Shown here: positions 49,695-59,231 of the stretch, in pieces
Numbering within the stretch: the stretch's first letter is position 1
Layout of the letters: each line of letters opens with the position of its first letter
Origin: Candidatus Omnitrophota bacterium
GTDB lineage: Bacteria; Omnitrophota; Omnitrophia; Omnitrophales; Aquincolibacteriaceae
Direction: 5' to 3'
NCBI GenBank assembly: GCA_003140935.1
Contig: PLLJ01000052.1
Span: forward strand, 12,642-76,641
DNA: 64,000 nt
Translations under genes and position numbers: made by a program
The notes under the pieces: generated by a model
What the model was told of the DNA's origin: nothing
Database searches by the model: none
Seen by the model: the letters and a program-made list of their open reading frames with translations, nothing else

Positions 49695-51785
49695 ATGCAG
49701 ATTCAAGAAAATCCAACATCTTTCATGCCTTGCAGCTCTTTGGAGGCCCTTTCTGAGGCCCAAAGTGAGGGGTCTCTCTTAGCGAGTTCCCACAAATACA
49801 AACGCCTCCGTCTCTTTCTGATCAAACCCTCCAAATATGACGATGAGGGGTATGTGATCCGCTATTGGAAAGGCGTTCTTCCCAGCAATACGCTTTCTTG
49901 CTTGAATGGATTAAGCGAAGACGCCCGGAATCGTGGTGTTTTGGGCAAAGACTTGACTTGGGAGATCACTCTCATTGACGATACGGTTCAGGGAATTCCC
50001 TATAAAAAGATCATAAGAAAAAGCCATCAGACCGGGACCAAGACCGTGATCTGTCTTGTGGGGGTCCAATCAAACCAAATGCCGCGGGCCTCGAATATCG
50101 CGATGAAGTTCCGCCAGGCCGGGATCGAAGTTTTGCTGGGTGGTTTTCATGTGAGCGGCGTCATGGCGACTTTGCCCGATCTCTCACCGGAACTCGTGAC
50201 ACTTCGTAATGCGGGCGTGAGCCTCGCGGCGGGCGAAGCCGAAGGAGGGCATTGGGAGCAAATACTAAGCGATGCCATCCAGGACCGGCTCAAACCCGTT
50301 TATAATTTTTTGAATAATATTCCGGATATTTCCAAAGCTCCTTTTCCACGCATCAATCCCAAACATCAGACCCATTACGCGCTGCAGCATTTTGGAACGC
50401 TCGACTGCGGCCGGGGATGTCCCTTCGGTTGCAGCTTCTGCACTGTGATCAATGTCCAAGGGCGCAAGATGCGGTTCCGTGATGTCGATCTTCTGATCGA
50501 CACGGTTCGCGAAGGTTATCGTCGCCACCAGATATCCCATTATTTTTTTACGGACGACAATTTCTGCCGTCATAAGAATTGGGAAACGATTCTTGACCGG
50601 TTGATCGAATTGAAAGAAAAAGAAGGGATTCCGTTCCATTTTATGATGCAGTTGGACACCCAGGCCCACACAGTACCGAATTTTGTGGAAAAGGCCGCCC
50701 GGGCCGGTTGCCGTCAAGTTTTTATCGGGATAGAAAGCTTAAATCAAGAAAATCTCAAAACCGCAAAGAAAAGCCAGAACGACACCGATAATTTTAAAAA
50801 GCTAGTAGACTCTTTCCATGAGGTGGGGATTGTTTGTCACTTAGCCTATATCATCGGGTTTCCTCTGGATACGGTGGCCTCAGTCAAAGAAGATATTGAA
50901 AAATTGATGTCCTTCGGTGCGGGCCAGGCGTCGTTTTTCATGATGACGCCGCTCCCGGGCGCTATGGATTATAAAAATGCTCTTGCTCAGGGGATGTTAC
51001 TGGACGCAGATCTTAATAATTACGACACCTTTCATGAAACGCATCGTCATCCGCGGATGAAACCCGGGGAATGGCTTGCCGCTTATGAAGCCGCCTGGCA
51101 GACCTTTTACAGCACCGAGAATATGAAGAAGATCCTGCACCGGGATCTCAAGGGTGATAATTACTGGGGTATCTTTTCAAACTTTATGTGGTACAAAAAT
51201 TCCATCGATGTGGAAGGCGGGCATCCGATGATCAGCGGTTTTTTTCGTTTAAAAGGACGTTTAGAGCGCCGGACGGGCTACCCGATCGAGGAACGATGGA
51301 TTTATTTTAAACGGAGATTTTGGGATATCCTGCGCAGTATCAAAGGCCGGTGGAAGCTAACGCTTGAGCTTGAAGAGGTTTGGCTCGCAACGCGCCACCG
51401 CGGGCCGCTTGAACAGAAAGTGATCTCTGAGATCGGGCGGCTGACCCAGTGCGCGAAGGAATGGCGGGACCTTCGGACCTCTGAGCTTTTGCACCTCTAC
51501 CAGAAAGCCGCGGCAACGCTTGAGAAAAAGAATATTTACCGGTTCCGGATCCCTTCCCGGTTCCAGATATGGATGAACAAGCTGAACTTTTTCTCGCTTC
51601 GTCTGACTGCCACACGTGAGCCCCTCCAGAGATTTTGGGAGAATGTCAAAATCTCTTGGCGGCGGGGGGATGTGCTGAGGATCAATTATATCCGTGTTTT
51701 TCTTGCGACGATCGAAGAGTCGATCTTGTTTTTCCGATTCATGCTTTCCATGTTCATTTCCGGGATCTATTTGCGGAAGCATTAA
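49695..51785 (+). CDS. B12-binding (class B) radical SAM protein
   Basis: N-terminal cobalamin-binding Rossmann domain. CGRGCPFGCSFC (CxxxCxxC) radical-SAM motif. Long C-terminal extension. Confidence 0.8.
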   Translation: MQIQENPTSFMPCSSLEALSEAQSEGSLLASSHKYKRLRLFLIKPSKYDDEGYVIRYWKGVLPSNTLSCLNGLSEDARNRGVLGKDLTWEITLIDDTVQGIPYKKIIRKSHQTGTKTVICLVGVQSNQMPRASNIAMKFRQAGIEVLLGGFHVSGVMATLPDLSPELVTLRNAGVSLAAGEAEGGHWEQILSDAIQDRLKPVYNFLNNIPDISKAPFPRINPKHQTHYALQHFGTLDCGRGCPFGCSFCTVINVQGRKMRFRDVDLLIDTVREGYRRHQISHYFFTDDNFCRHKNWETILDRLIELKEKEGIPFHFMMQLDTQAHTVPNFVEKAARAGCRQVFIGIESLNQENLKTAKKSQNDTDNFKKLVDSFHEVGIVCHLAYIIGFPLDTVASVKEDIEKLMSFGAGQASFFMMTPLPGAMDYKNALAQGMLLDADLNNYDTFHETHRHPRMKPGEWLAAYEAAWQTFYSTENMKKILHRDLKGDNYWGIFSNFMWYKNSIDVEGGHPMISGFFRLKGRLERRTGYPIEERWIYFKRRFWDILRSIKGRWKLTLELEEVWLATRHRGPLEQKVISEIGRLTQCAKEWRDLRTSELLHLYQKAAATLEKKNIYRFRIPSRFQIWMNKLNFFSLRLTATREPLQRFWENVKISWRRGDVLRINYIRVFLATIEESILFFRFMLSMFISGIYLRKH

Positions 51786-51833
51786 AAATATGTTCATGAC
51801 GATGACTCTCTTGAAAGAAAGCGCAAGCCGACC

Positions 51834-53450
51834 GTGAAAGTTTATCTGATCAATCCTCGTTTTCAGCCGACCATATGGTCCTTTGAGGGGCTCCAGCCGC
51901 TCACCGGGACCCGTTTTTCTACCACGCCTCTCGGTCTGGCCACTGTTGCCGCTCTTACACCTCAACCCTGGGAAGTCGAGATCGCCGACGAGAATGTTGA
52001 GGATATTGATTTTGAAAATTCTGCGGACCTGATCGCGATCAGTGCTTTCAATGTTCAATATCATCGAGCGCTCGCGATCATTGCGGAGTTCAAAAAACGC
52101 GGCAAAAAGATCGCGGTAGGCGGGCCTTACAACAGTCTTTTTCCTGAGGCGTTCGAGGGGAAGTGTGACTACCGTATTGTGGGAGAAGCTGAGGAGATCT
52201 GGCCCGAGTTCCTCCGTGATTTTGAGCAGGGGACAGCCAGGGAACTTTACAAGGCCGTTGCCAGGGCGGACATCCGTAAAAGTCCGGTTCCGCGCTACGA
52301 CCTTATCCGTGGGGACCGGTATAATATGTTCTCGCTCCAGACAAGCCGGGGTTGTCCTTTTAACTGCGAATTCTGCGATATTATCGTGATGGACGGGCGT
52401 GTGCCGCGTACGAAGACCATTCCGCAAGTGCTCGCGGAAGTGGACCATTGTGTAAAACAAGGCGCGCATTATATTGTCTTTGGTGACGCGAATTTCATCG
52501 GCAATATTCCGTTCGCCCGGGAACTTCTTACGGCCCTGGCGGATTATTCAAAAAAGAACGGTTACCCCATAGAGTTCTCCTGCGAGTTAACGATCAATGT
52601 GGCTCACCATCCCGATCTTCTGGAATTGCTTCAGGCCGCGAATTTTTACGCGCTTTTTATCGGGATCGAGTCCCCGCGCCGTGCAAGTCTTGTGGAATCG
52701 GGCAAGGTGCAAAACACACGCGAAAATGTCCTGGAAGATATCAAGCGCATCCACTCGTATCACCTGACAGTCGTGGCCGGGATGATCGTGGGGTTCGATG
52801 CGGACGATAAAAATATCTTCAAGGAGACTTTTGATTTCCTGCAAGAACTCGGGATTCCGTTCACGACGTGTGGAACGCTTATGGCGCTTCCCAACACACC
52901 CTTGATCAAGCGGCTTGAAGCGGAGGGCCGTCTCTTGAACCTGGATTGGACTGAGACGAAGGGGCACGGTTCCGCCGACTGCAATTTCATTCCGAAGAAC
53001 ATGACGTCCGAAGAACTTTATCAAGGTTACAACTGGCTGAGTCGATGCCTTTATCGCTATGATACTTACGGGGACCGGCTGGTAACGGCCTTGAGTCGTT
53101 TCAGAAATCTCAACCCGGAGCACAAGCGAGCGTCTCTGGATTTTAAATTTACTTATCTTTTATTCAAACTTTTAGTTTACTATCTTTTAACATTCGATTT
53201 TGAGCGGATGAGATTTTTTTCCGGAACCTTTTGGCGCGTCGCCAAGGGCGGGCCGTTTTCCGTGAGTAAGTGGCTGGAATTTTTCCGTTGGATCGCGACC
53301 CACCGGGCTTTTCGCAAGTATGTGACCGAAACTCAAGGGGTCCCGGAAGGCCAGGATCCGAAGAAGCCGCCTTTTGAAGATGCGGGGGGATCCATGAACA
53401 CAAGCTTCAAACTTGAAAAGACAAAAGAAATCCCAGTGGCAGCATTATGA
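51834..53450 (+). CDS. B12-binding (class B) radical SAM protein with DUF4070-like C-terminus
   Basis: VKVYLINP start (GTG). RGCPFNCEFC motif. Paralog of the upstream gene. Confidence 0.8.
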   Translation: MKVYLINPRFQPTIWSFEGLQPLTGTRFSTTPLGLATVAALTPQPWEVEIADENVEDIDFENSADLIAISAFNVQYHRALAIIAEFKKRGKKIAVGGPYNSLFPEAFEGKCDYRIVGEAEEIWPEFLRDFEQGTARELYKAVARADIRKSPVPRYDLIRGDRYNMFSLQTSRGCPFNCEFCDIIVMDGRVPRTKTIPQVLAEVDHCVKQGAHYIVFGDANFIGNIPFARELLTALADYSKKNGYPIEFSCELTINVAHHPDLLELLQAANFYALFIGIESPRRASLVESGKVQNTRENVLEDIKRIHSYHLTVVAGMIVGFDADDKNIFKETFDFLQELGIPFTTCGTLMALPNTPLIKRLEAEGRLLNLDWTETKGHGSADCNFIPKNMTSEELYQGYNWLSRCLYRYDTYGDRLVTALSRFRNLNPEHKRASLDFKFTYLLFKLLVYYLLTFDFERMRFFSGTFWRVAKGGPFSVSKWLEFFRWIATHRAFRKYVTETQGVPEGQDPKKPPFEDAGGSMNTSFKLEKTKEIPVAAL

Positions 53451-54094
53451 CGAATAAGATCCCTCTCGACAAGCGGGTGTGGCCCGGCGTCATATTTTTG
53501 TGCATTCTCATCGTCGCGGAAAAGGTCTGGCCTGTTCCGTACGCGGCTCCCGTGCTTGTGCTTTTTCTTGTAGCACAGCTTGTTTTTTTTAGAGACCCGC
53601 AACGGGAGCCCCCGAGAGAACAGGGACCTCTTGCGCCTGCGGACGGGACAGTGGTCAAGATCGACGAGATCTTTGAAGATAAGTTCCTTCATGAGCAGGC
53701 GGTGCGTATCCGTATCTTTCTTTCGATCTTCGACGTACATACCACACGCACGCCTTTGGCGGGGATCATCAAATATCAGGATTACGTAAAGGGGAAGTTT
53801 TTAAACGCGCTGCGCAAGGATGCTTTCGACCATAACGAATCCAACTGGATCGGGATCGAAAACCGCGCGCGACGGGTCCTGGTGCGTCAACTGACCGGCG
53901 CGATCGCGCGGCGCATTTACTCCGACGTAACCATCGGACAGGTCATGGGGCGCGGAGAAAAGCTCGGCGTGATCTGTTACGGATCCGGGGTTGAGGTTTC
54001 TATCCCACGGAAGATGTTCCGGGTGGATGTCCGGGTCGGACAACATGTTACCGGCGGAACGACGCTCCTTGGAGCGTGGATCGAGGAGGGCTAA
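53447..54094 (+). CDS. psd: Phosphatidylserine decarboxylase-family protein (short archaeal-type proenzyme)
   Basis: LSIFDVHTTRTPLAGII matches the PSD core. Putative self-cleavage site YGSG near the C-terminus. TM N-terminus. Confidence 0.65.
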   Translation: MTNKIPLDKRVWPGVIFLCILIVAEKVWPVPYAAPVLVLFLVAQLVFFRDPQREPPREQGPLAPADGTVVKIDEIFEDKFLHEQAVRIRIFLSIFDVHTTRTPLAGIIKYQDYVKGKFLNALRKDAFDHNESNWIGIENRARRVLVRQLTGAIARRIYSDVTIGQVMGRGEKLGVICYGSGVEVSIPRKMFRVDVRVGQHVTGGTTLLGAWIEEG

Positions 54095-54098
54095 GAGC

Positions 54099-54842
54099 AT
54101 GAAAAAACGTTTTTATTTTACGACCGCCGCTTTTCCCAACATGATCACAATGCTCAATCTCGTGTCGGGTTTTTTTTCGATCTTGATGAGCATTCAGGAA
54201 AAATATGAATTTGCCGTTTGGCTTGTTTTCCTTTCGCTTATTCTCGATTCCTTGGACGGTCATGTAGCCCGGATCTTCGGAAATGAAACGGAGTTCGGTC
54301 GCGAGCTGGATTCGCTGGCCGATGCGGTCTCTTTTGTGGTGGCTCCCTGCATGCTCGTTTACAAGGCTTTTTCCCACCATTCTCCCATAGCGCTTCTTCT
54401 GGTCATCGTGTTCTATCTTTGCACCGGCATTTTTCGTCTGGCACGGTTTAACGTGAACCCCATCCACGGCGGAGGATGTTTTGAAGGACTCCCGACGCCG
54501 GCTGCAGCCCTGACGCTTATGATGACCATGCTGGCCTTTCACAAGAACCTGTGGGGCGACCGGTCCTTATCTTTGATCAGCGAAGTATTTCTGATGACAG
54601 CGCTTGGCTTTCTCATGGTGAGTGATATTCCTTACCCGAAGGTTTCGGCCATCAAGTTCCGTTCCTGGCGGACTTTGTTCGTCGTGCAGGTGGCTATGTT
54701 TTTCGCGGTCTTTTTCTACCTCAATATCGAAAGCGCCATCGCCGCAATTTTTTTAACATTCATTGTGCTTTCGCCGTTCTACTGCGTGTCATTCCGTAAA
54801 ACCTCGGACGACGATGCCTCGGACGAAGGAGGGTGCGCTTAA
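54099..54842 (+). CDS. pssA: CDP-diacylglycerol--serine O-phosphatidyltransferase
   Basis: CDP-alcohol phosphatidyltransferase motif DSLDGHVARIFGNETEFGRELDSLAD. SD GAGGAGGG. Confidence 0.8.
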   Translation: MKKRFYFTTAAFPNMITMLNLVSGFFSILMSIQEKYEFAVWLVFLSLILDSLDGHVARIFGNETEFGRELDSLADAVSFVVAPCMLVYKAFSHHSPIALLLVIVFYLCTGIFRLARFNVNPIHGGGCFEGLPTPAAALTLMMTMLAFHKNLWGDRSLSLISEVFLMTALGFLMVSDIPYPKVSAIKFRSWRTLFVVQVAMFFAVFFYLNIESAIAAIFLTFIVLSPFYCVSFRKTSDDDASDEGGCA

Positions 54843-55459
54843 TGTTGCTCGGGATCCTGGCCGGTTTTCTGGCCTCCTGTTTTGGCTGGCAGATCGATTT
54901 GATCGCGATCCAGCGCGGACTCAAGCGGGGACGCACAGCAGCTTTTTTGGTAGGTTGCGGGGCGGCTCTGGCAGATATCATTTTTCTTTCGATCGGTTTT
55001 ACGGGTACTCAGCCTCTTTTGGACCATCCGGAATGGTGGGGGATCATTCGATGGGTCGGGATCGGGGTGATCCTAACCTTGGCTGCACGTGGTTTTTTTG
55101 TTCATAGCAAACCTCGCAAACGGGACGAGGAGGTTATTAAAAGGAATCCAACCAAAAACTTTCTCGTCGGATTTTTGGTGGTTATCACGAATCCTGTGGT
55201 TTTCCTGATGTGGCTTGCTATTATCGGCTTTCTCAGGACCCATTTTCCCGAGACGCGCACACCATGGTTCAAGGAGCTCTTCCTCGGAGGCTTTCTGATC
55301 GGCTCTGTGCTTTGGTTTTTCCCGCTGGCATTCATTTTCTTAAAGAAATTGAAACGTTGGAGTGAGGAGAATCACTCGTTTCTGTATCGGATTTCTTCCG
55401 GGACGCTCTTATTGGTTGCTCTTTACCTGATCTTTTTTGAAAAATTCAGGTTTTCTTGA
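54842..55459 (+). CDS. LysE/RhtB-type small membrane translocator-like protein
   Basis: Six predicted TM segments, about 200 aa. TAATG overlap with pssA. Confidence 0.45.
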   Translation: MLLGILAGFLASCFGWQIDLIAIQRGLKRGRTAAFLVGCGAALADIIFLSIGFTGTQPLLDHPEWWGIIRWVGIGVILTLAARGFFVHSKPRKRDEEVIKRNPTKNFLVGFLVVITNPVVFLMWLAIIGFLRTHFPETRTPWFKELFLGGFLIGSVLWFFPLAFIFLKKLKRWSEENHSFLYRISSGTLLLVALYLIFFEKFRFS

Positions 55460-55744
55460 TTTTTTTGGTTCAAAGGAGTTGTTTGGCGTTCCCAAGGGAG
55501 GGGAGGGGGGGGGCTTCCCCGGGTGGAAGTGAAAATATCACAAAAAAATTCGCCTATTGCCATGCTACCGTTCTTTTGGTATCATTCAACACCGCATCCC
55601 ATCCGGTCGTGGTGAATACTTGGCAGGGTTTTGGCGCTATTATTTTCTCTATTCGCTTATAATGGTTTTATTCTTGAGCTAGCGCGTGAAAGTAAGAATG
55701 TTTTTTTTGCTGCGTGAAAATGATCCCAAAAAGGGACCGGATCG

Positions 55745-56785
55745 ATGGCCTTGTCGCCTCGCAAGAAAACCAGGGTAGTCAGTCAAGAGCCTCTTAAAAA
55801 GGCGCAAGGCAACACCTCCGCAAAAAAAAATGCGGCCAAGCCGGCCGCATCAGCCATTAAGCGGGTTCCCGTCATCAAACGATCTGCTGCGGTCCTTTCC
55901 CAAAAACATCCTCTGGTGCCTGATACCGAGGCTCGGGTCATGCCTCCGGAAGTCGAAGCGCGGACTTATCAAGAGATGCCGCGTGAACTTCCGGACAACT
56001 ATGGCGACAATCAGATCTATCTTCTTGTTCGAGATCCGTACTGGATCTATGCCTACTGGGAGATCCAGGAGGGTCACCAGCGGCATCATCTTGCGGAACT
56101 CGGTGGAAGTTGGGAGAGTGTCGTCTCGGTGCTTCGTGTCTATGATGTTACGGAAGAAGGCAAGACGCCTTCCTTTTCTGATATCGTACTCCAGAATATG
56201 GTGAGATCTTGGTATCTCAACACCCAGCCGAACCGCAGTTATTTCGTCGAGATCGGCCTCCTGCACCGTGACGGTCGATTCATCTGTCTTGCCCGCTCCA
56301 ATCATGTGACTACGCCAAGGTCCGGGATGTCCGAGATCATCGACGATCAGTGGATGTCGATCGATTTTGACAAGATGTATGCCCTTTCGGGGGGGTTCCA
56401 GGTCGGCAAAAGTTCTGCCGAACTCCGCAAACTCATGGAAGAACGCTTGAAAAATGCGATCACATCAGGCTCCGGGGCCGGTGCCGTTTCTAGTCTTGCC
56501 AGTCCGGTCAGGATCAAACAGCGTGGTTTTCATTTCTGGCTTGAATGCGAGCTTATCATCTATGGTGGCACAGAGCCTGATGCCAAGGTCACCATGCAGG
56601 GAAGACCCGTTCAGCTAAGGCCGGACGGCACCTTCACGCTTCGCTACGGGCTTCCGGACGGAAAATTCATCTTTGACTGCCATGCCCAATCGTCGGACGG
56701 CGTCGAGGAAAGGGTAATTACCCCGATCGTGAGTCGCAATACAGAAAGGCCCGCGCCTGTCATTAAGGCAGGAAAGCACCCGTAA
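55745..56785 (+). CDS. DUF4912-family protein (GH57-associated)
   Basis: Basic low-complexity N-terminus then YLLVRDPYWIYAYWEI... Sits directly upstream of the GH57 gene, as is typical for DUF4912. Confidence 0.5.
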   Translation: MALSPRKKTRVVSQEPLKKAQGNTSAKKNAAKPAASAIKRVPVIKRSAAVLSQKHPLVPDTEARVMPPEVEARTYQEMPRELPDNYGDNQIYLLVRDPYWIYAYWEIQEGHQRHHLAELGGSWESVVSVLRVYDVTEEGKTPSFSDIVLQNMVRSWYLNTQPNRSYFVEIGLLHRDGRFICLARSNHVTTPRSGMSEIIDDQWMSIDFDKMYALSGGFQVGKSSAELRKLMEERLKNAITSGSGAGAVSSLASPVRIKQRGFHFWLECELIIYGGTEPDAKVTMQGRPVQLRPDGTFTLRYGLPDGKFIFDCHAQSSDGVEERVITPIVSRNTERPAPVIKAGKHP

Positions 56786-56787
56786 CT

Positions 56788-58365
56788 ATGGAAAAAGGTT
56801 TTCTTTCCATAGTGCTTCACGCGCATCTGCCGTTCATCCGCCATCCTGAACACGAATATTTCCTGGAAGAGGCCTGGCTTTACGAGGCCATCACTGAGAC
56901 CTACATTCCCCTCATCCACATGTTCGAAGGTCTGGAGCGGGACCGCGTTCCTTGGCGGCTCACGATGTCCCTGACGCCTTCGCTGATGTCCATGATGCAA
57001 GACGAGCTTTTACAGAATCGCTATCTGCGGCATCTGGACAAGATGATCGAATTGGCCAATAAAGAGATCGATCGCACGCGCTTCCAGCCGGAGTTCCATG
57101 AAACGGCGCTTCATTATTACTGGGAATTCACACGCGCAAAAGATACCTTTTTGAACCGCTATCACAAGGACCTTACGCAGGCTTTCCGGAAATTCCAGGA
57201 TCACGGGCATCTCGAGATCATGACCTGCGCAGCCACCCATGGATTTCTTCCCTTGATCAACCGTAACGAAGGGACCGTCCGTGGTCAGATCAAAACCGCG
57301 ACGGAACTTTATGAAAAAGTGCTCGGTCGTCGTCCGATCGGCATTTGGCTTCCCGAATGCGGTTATTACCCGGGTGTGGATAAATACTTAAAAGAGCAAG
57401 GCATCCGCTATTTTCTGACCGATACGCACGGCATTCTTCACGCCTCACCGCGTCCCAAATACGGAGTTTTCGCGCCGATCTTCTGTCCGAGCGGTGTCGC
57501 CGCGTTCGGCCGTGACGTGGAGTCTTCCAAACAGGTCTGGTCGGCCATTGAAGGATATCCGGGTGATCCGGATTATCGCGAATTTTATCGCGATATCGGT
57601 TTCGAACTGGATTTTGATTATATCCGGCCCTATATTTCTCCCGATGGTTTGCGTGTTAACACCGGCATCAAATATCACCGCATTACGGGCAATACGGAGG
57701 AAAAAAAGCCGTACGTACGCGGCTGGGCTATACAAAAGGCCGCAAATCATGCCGCGAATTTTATGTTTAATCGCGAAAAACAGGCTGAATATCTTTATGA
57801 TTTTATGGGCCGGAAGCCTCTCATCGTAGCTCCTTATGACGCGGAGCTTTACGGACATTGGTGGTATGAGGGTCCGGATTTCCTGAATTTTTTTGTGCGT
57901 AAGACCACTTTTGATCAGAAGACGTTCCGTTTGATCGCGCCCTCGGATTATTTCAAAGAGTATCCTGTCAATCAGGTTTCCACGCCATGTTTTTCAAGCT
58001 GGGGCTGGAAGGGGTACAGCGAGACCTGGCTTTCCGGAGCCAACGACTGGATTTATCGTCATCTTCACAAGGCGTCGTTGCGTATGAGCGAGATGGCCCA
58101 AAAATTCCGTGGACAGAACGGAATGGTCGGCCGAGCGCTCAAACAGGCCGCGCGCGAGCTCTTTCTTGCGCAATCAAGTGACTGGGCTTTTATTCTGCAT
58201 ACCGGCACGGTGGTTCCGTATGCCGTGAAACGCACGAAAGAGCACCTCCTCAATTTTACGAGGATCTATGAGGAACTCATGAACAACCGTCTTGATGAGG
58301 GTTGGCTCAAGGAGCTGGAAGGGAAGGACAATATTTTTCCGGATGTGGACCAGGATGTTTTTTAG
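56788..58365 (+). CDS. Glycoside hydrolase family 57 (GH57-type alpha-glucan branching enzyme-like)
   Basis: N-terminal LSIVLHAHLPFIRHPE and TCAATHGFLPL motifs of GH57 / DUF1957. Confidence 0.8.
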   Translation: MEKGFLSIVLHAHLPFIRHPEHEYFLEEAWLYEAITETYIPLIHMFEGLERDRVPWRLTMSLTPSLMSMMQDELLQNRYLRHLDKMIELANKEIDRTRFQPEFHETALHYYWEFTRAKDTFLNRYHKDLTQAFRKFQDHGHLEIMTCAATHGFLPLINRNEGTVRGQIKTATELYEKVLGRRPIGIWLPECGYYPGVDKYLKEQGIRYFLTDTHGILHASPRPKYGVFAPIFCPSGVAAFGRDVESSKQVWSAIEGYPGDPDYREFYRDIGFELDFDYIRPYISPDGLRVNTGIKYHRITGNTEEKKPYVRGWAIQKAANHAANFMFNREKQAEYLYDFMGRKPLIVAPYDAELYGHWWYEGPDFLNFFVRKTTFDQKTFRLIAPSDYFKEYPVNQVSTPCFSSWGWKGYSETWLSGANDWIYRHLHKASLRMSEMAQKFRGQNGMVGRALKQAARELFLAQSSDWAFILHTGTVVPYAVKRTKEHLLNFTRIYEELMNNRLDEGWLKELEGKDNIFPDVDQDVF

Positions 58366-58401
58366 GATTTTCTATTTACATCATTCTAAATCAAAAAGGG
58401 G

Positions 58402-58620
58402 ATGAACATGCAGGAACAATATTACGGAATCGGCGAAACAGCAGGGAAGATCTATAAAACATTGGAGCGTAAAGGGGAAATGACTTTAGCGAAGCTCCTC
58501 AAAGAGGTCGGAACGGATGAAGCCCTTTTCAACCAGGCCATCGGATGGCTTGCTCGTGAGAATAACATCAACTTTGGAAAGATCGGCCGGATCGTCAAGG
58601 TATCTCTCTTGAAGGGCTGA
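58402..58620 (+). CDS. Small winged-helix-like protein
   Basis: 72 aa. Followed by an intrinsic terminator. Confidence 0.35.
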   Translation: MNMQEQYYGIGETAGKIYKTLERKGEMTLAKLLKEVGTDEALFNQAIGWLARENNINFGKIGRIVKVSLLKG

Positions 58621-58651
58621 GCTCCTGAATAGCAATAAGCACGCTTTCCAA

Positions 58652-58686
58652 GGCGTGGGCCGGTTCTGCCGCCCCACGCCTTTTTT
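58652..58686 (+). terminator. Intrinsic terminator
   Basis: GGCGTGGG-(13-nt loop)-CCCACGCC followed by TTTTTT. Confidence 0.65.
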
Positions 58687-59231
58687 GTCCCACAGCTTGG
58701 CTGGTTCCTGCGCTTGCTTTTTTCTCCCGAGTCATTTTTTAAGCAGTGCTTCTGACGCCTAAAGTCTTTTTGATTTTCCATCGATATTAGGTATACAATA
58801 GTCATGGAATTGTGCTGTGCTTTTAACATCGCCTGATTATCGATTTTAAAAAGCAATTGGAAATCAAAGCTGTTCAAGTCGCCGTCCATAAAAATCATAA
58901 AGACTTGGACGAGGGTGAAAAGCCATGGTCACTTTCCGCTCGGTTCTTTGTCGATGGATGTTTGCGGGGGCAGTCTTCTGCGGGAGTTTTGCTTCCTTGG
59001 GCGCTGTTTTTGCTCCTCTTAGTTCCCCTTTCCAAAGGTTTCCCGATCCTATGCGTTTGGGTCCTTCCGTGGAGTTGGGGATTCTTTCCGGTTCGGTGGA
59101 GGCAAAACCTTCTTCCCGTCATGCTATGATCTTAAGTCGCTTGGAAGAGCTCGTCCTTACTCAGCGCGCGATCTCTGCTTCCGTTTAAGATTCGCTGGAA
59201 TTTTCCTCAAAAAAAGCCATAATGACGCACT

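Noticed and set aside
51357-52469. 370-aa ORF on the - strand
   Set aside because: Antisense to the two radical-SAM genes, which have clear CxxxCxxC motifs on the + strand.
58857-59188. Two overlapping ~90-aa ORFs (58857-59129, 58925-59188)
   Set aside because: Mutually exclusive frames, no RBS, odd composition. Kept only as part of an unassigned intergenic segment.
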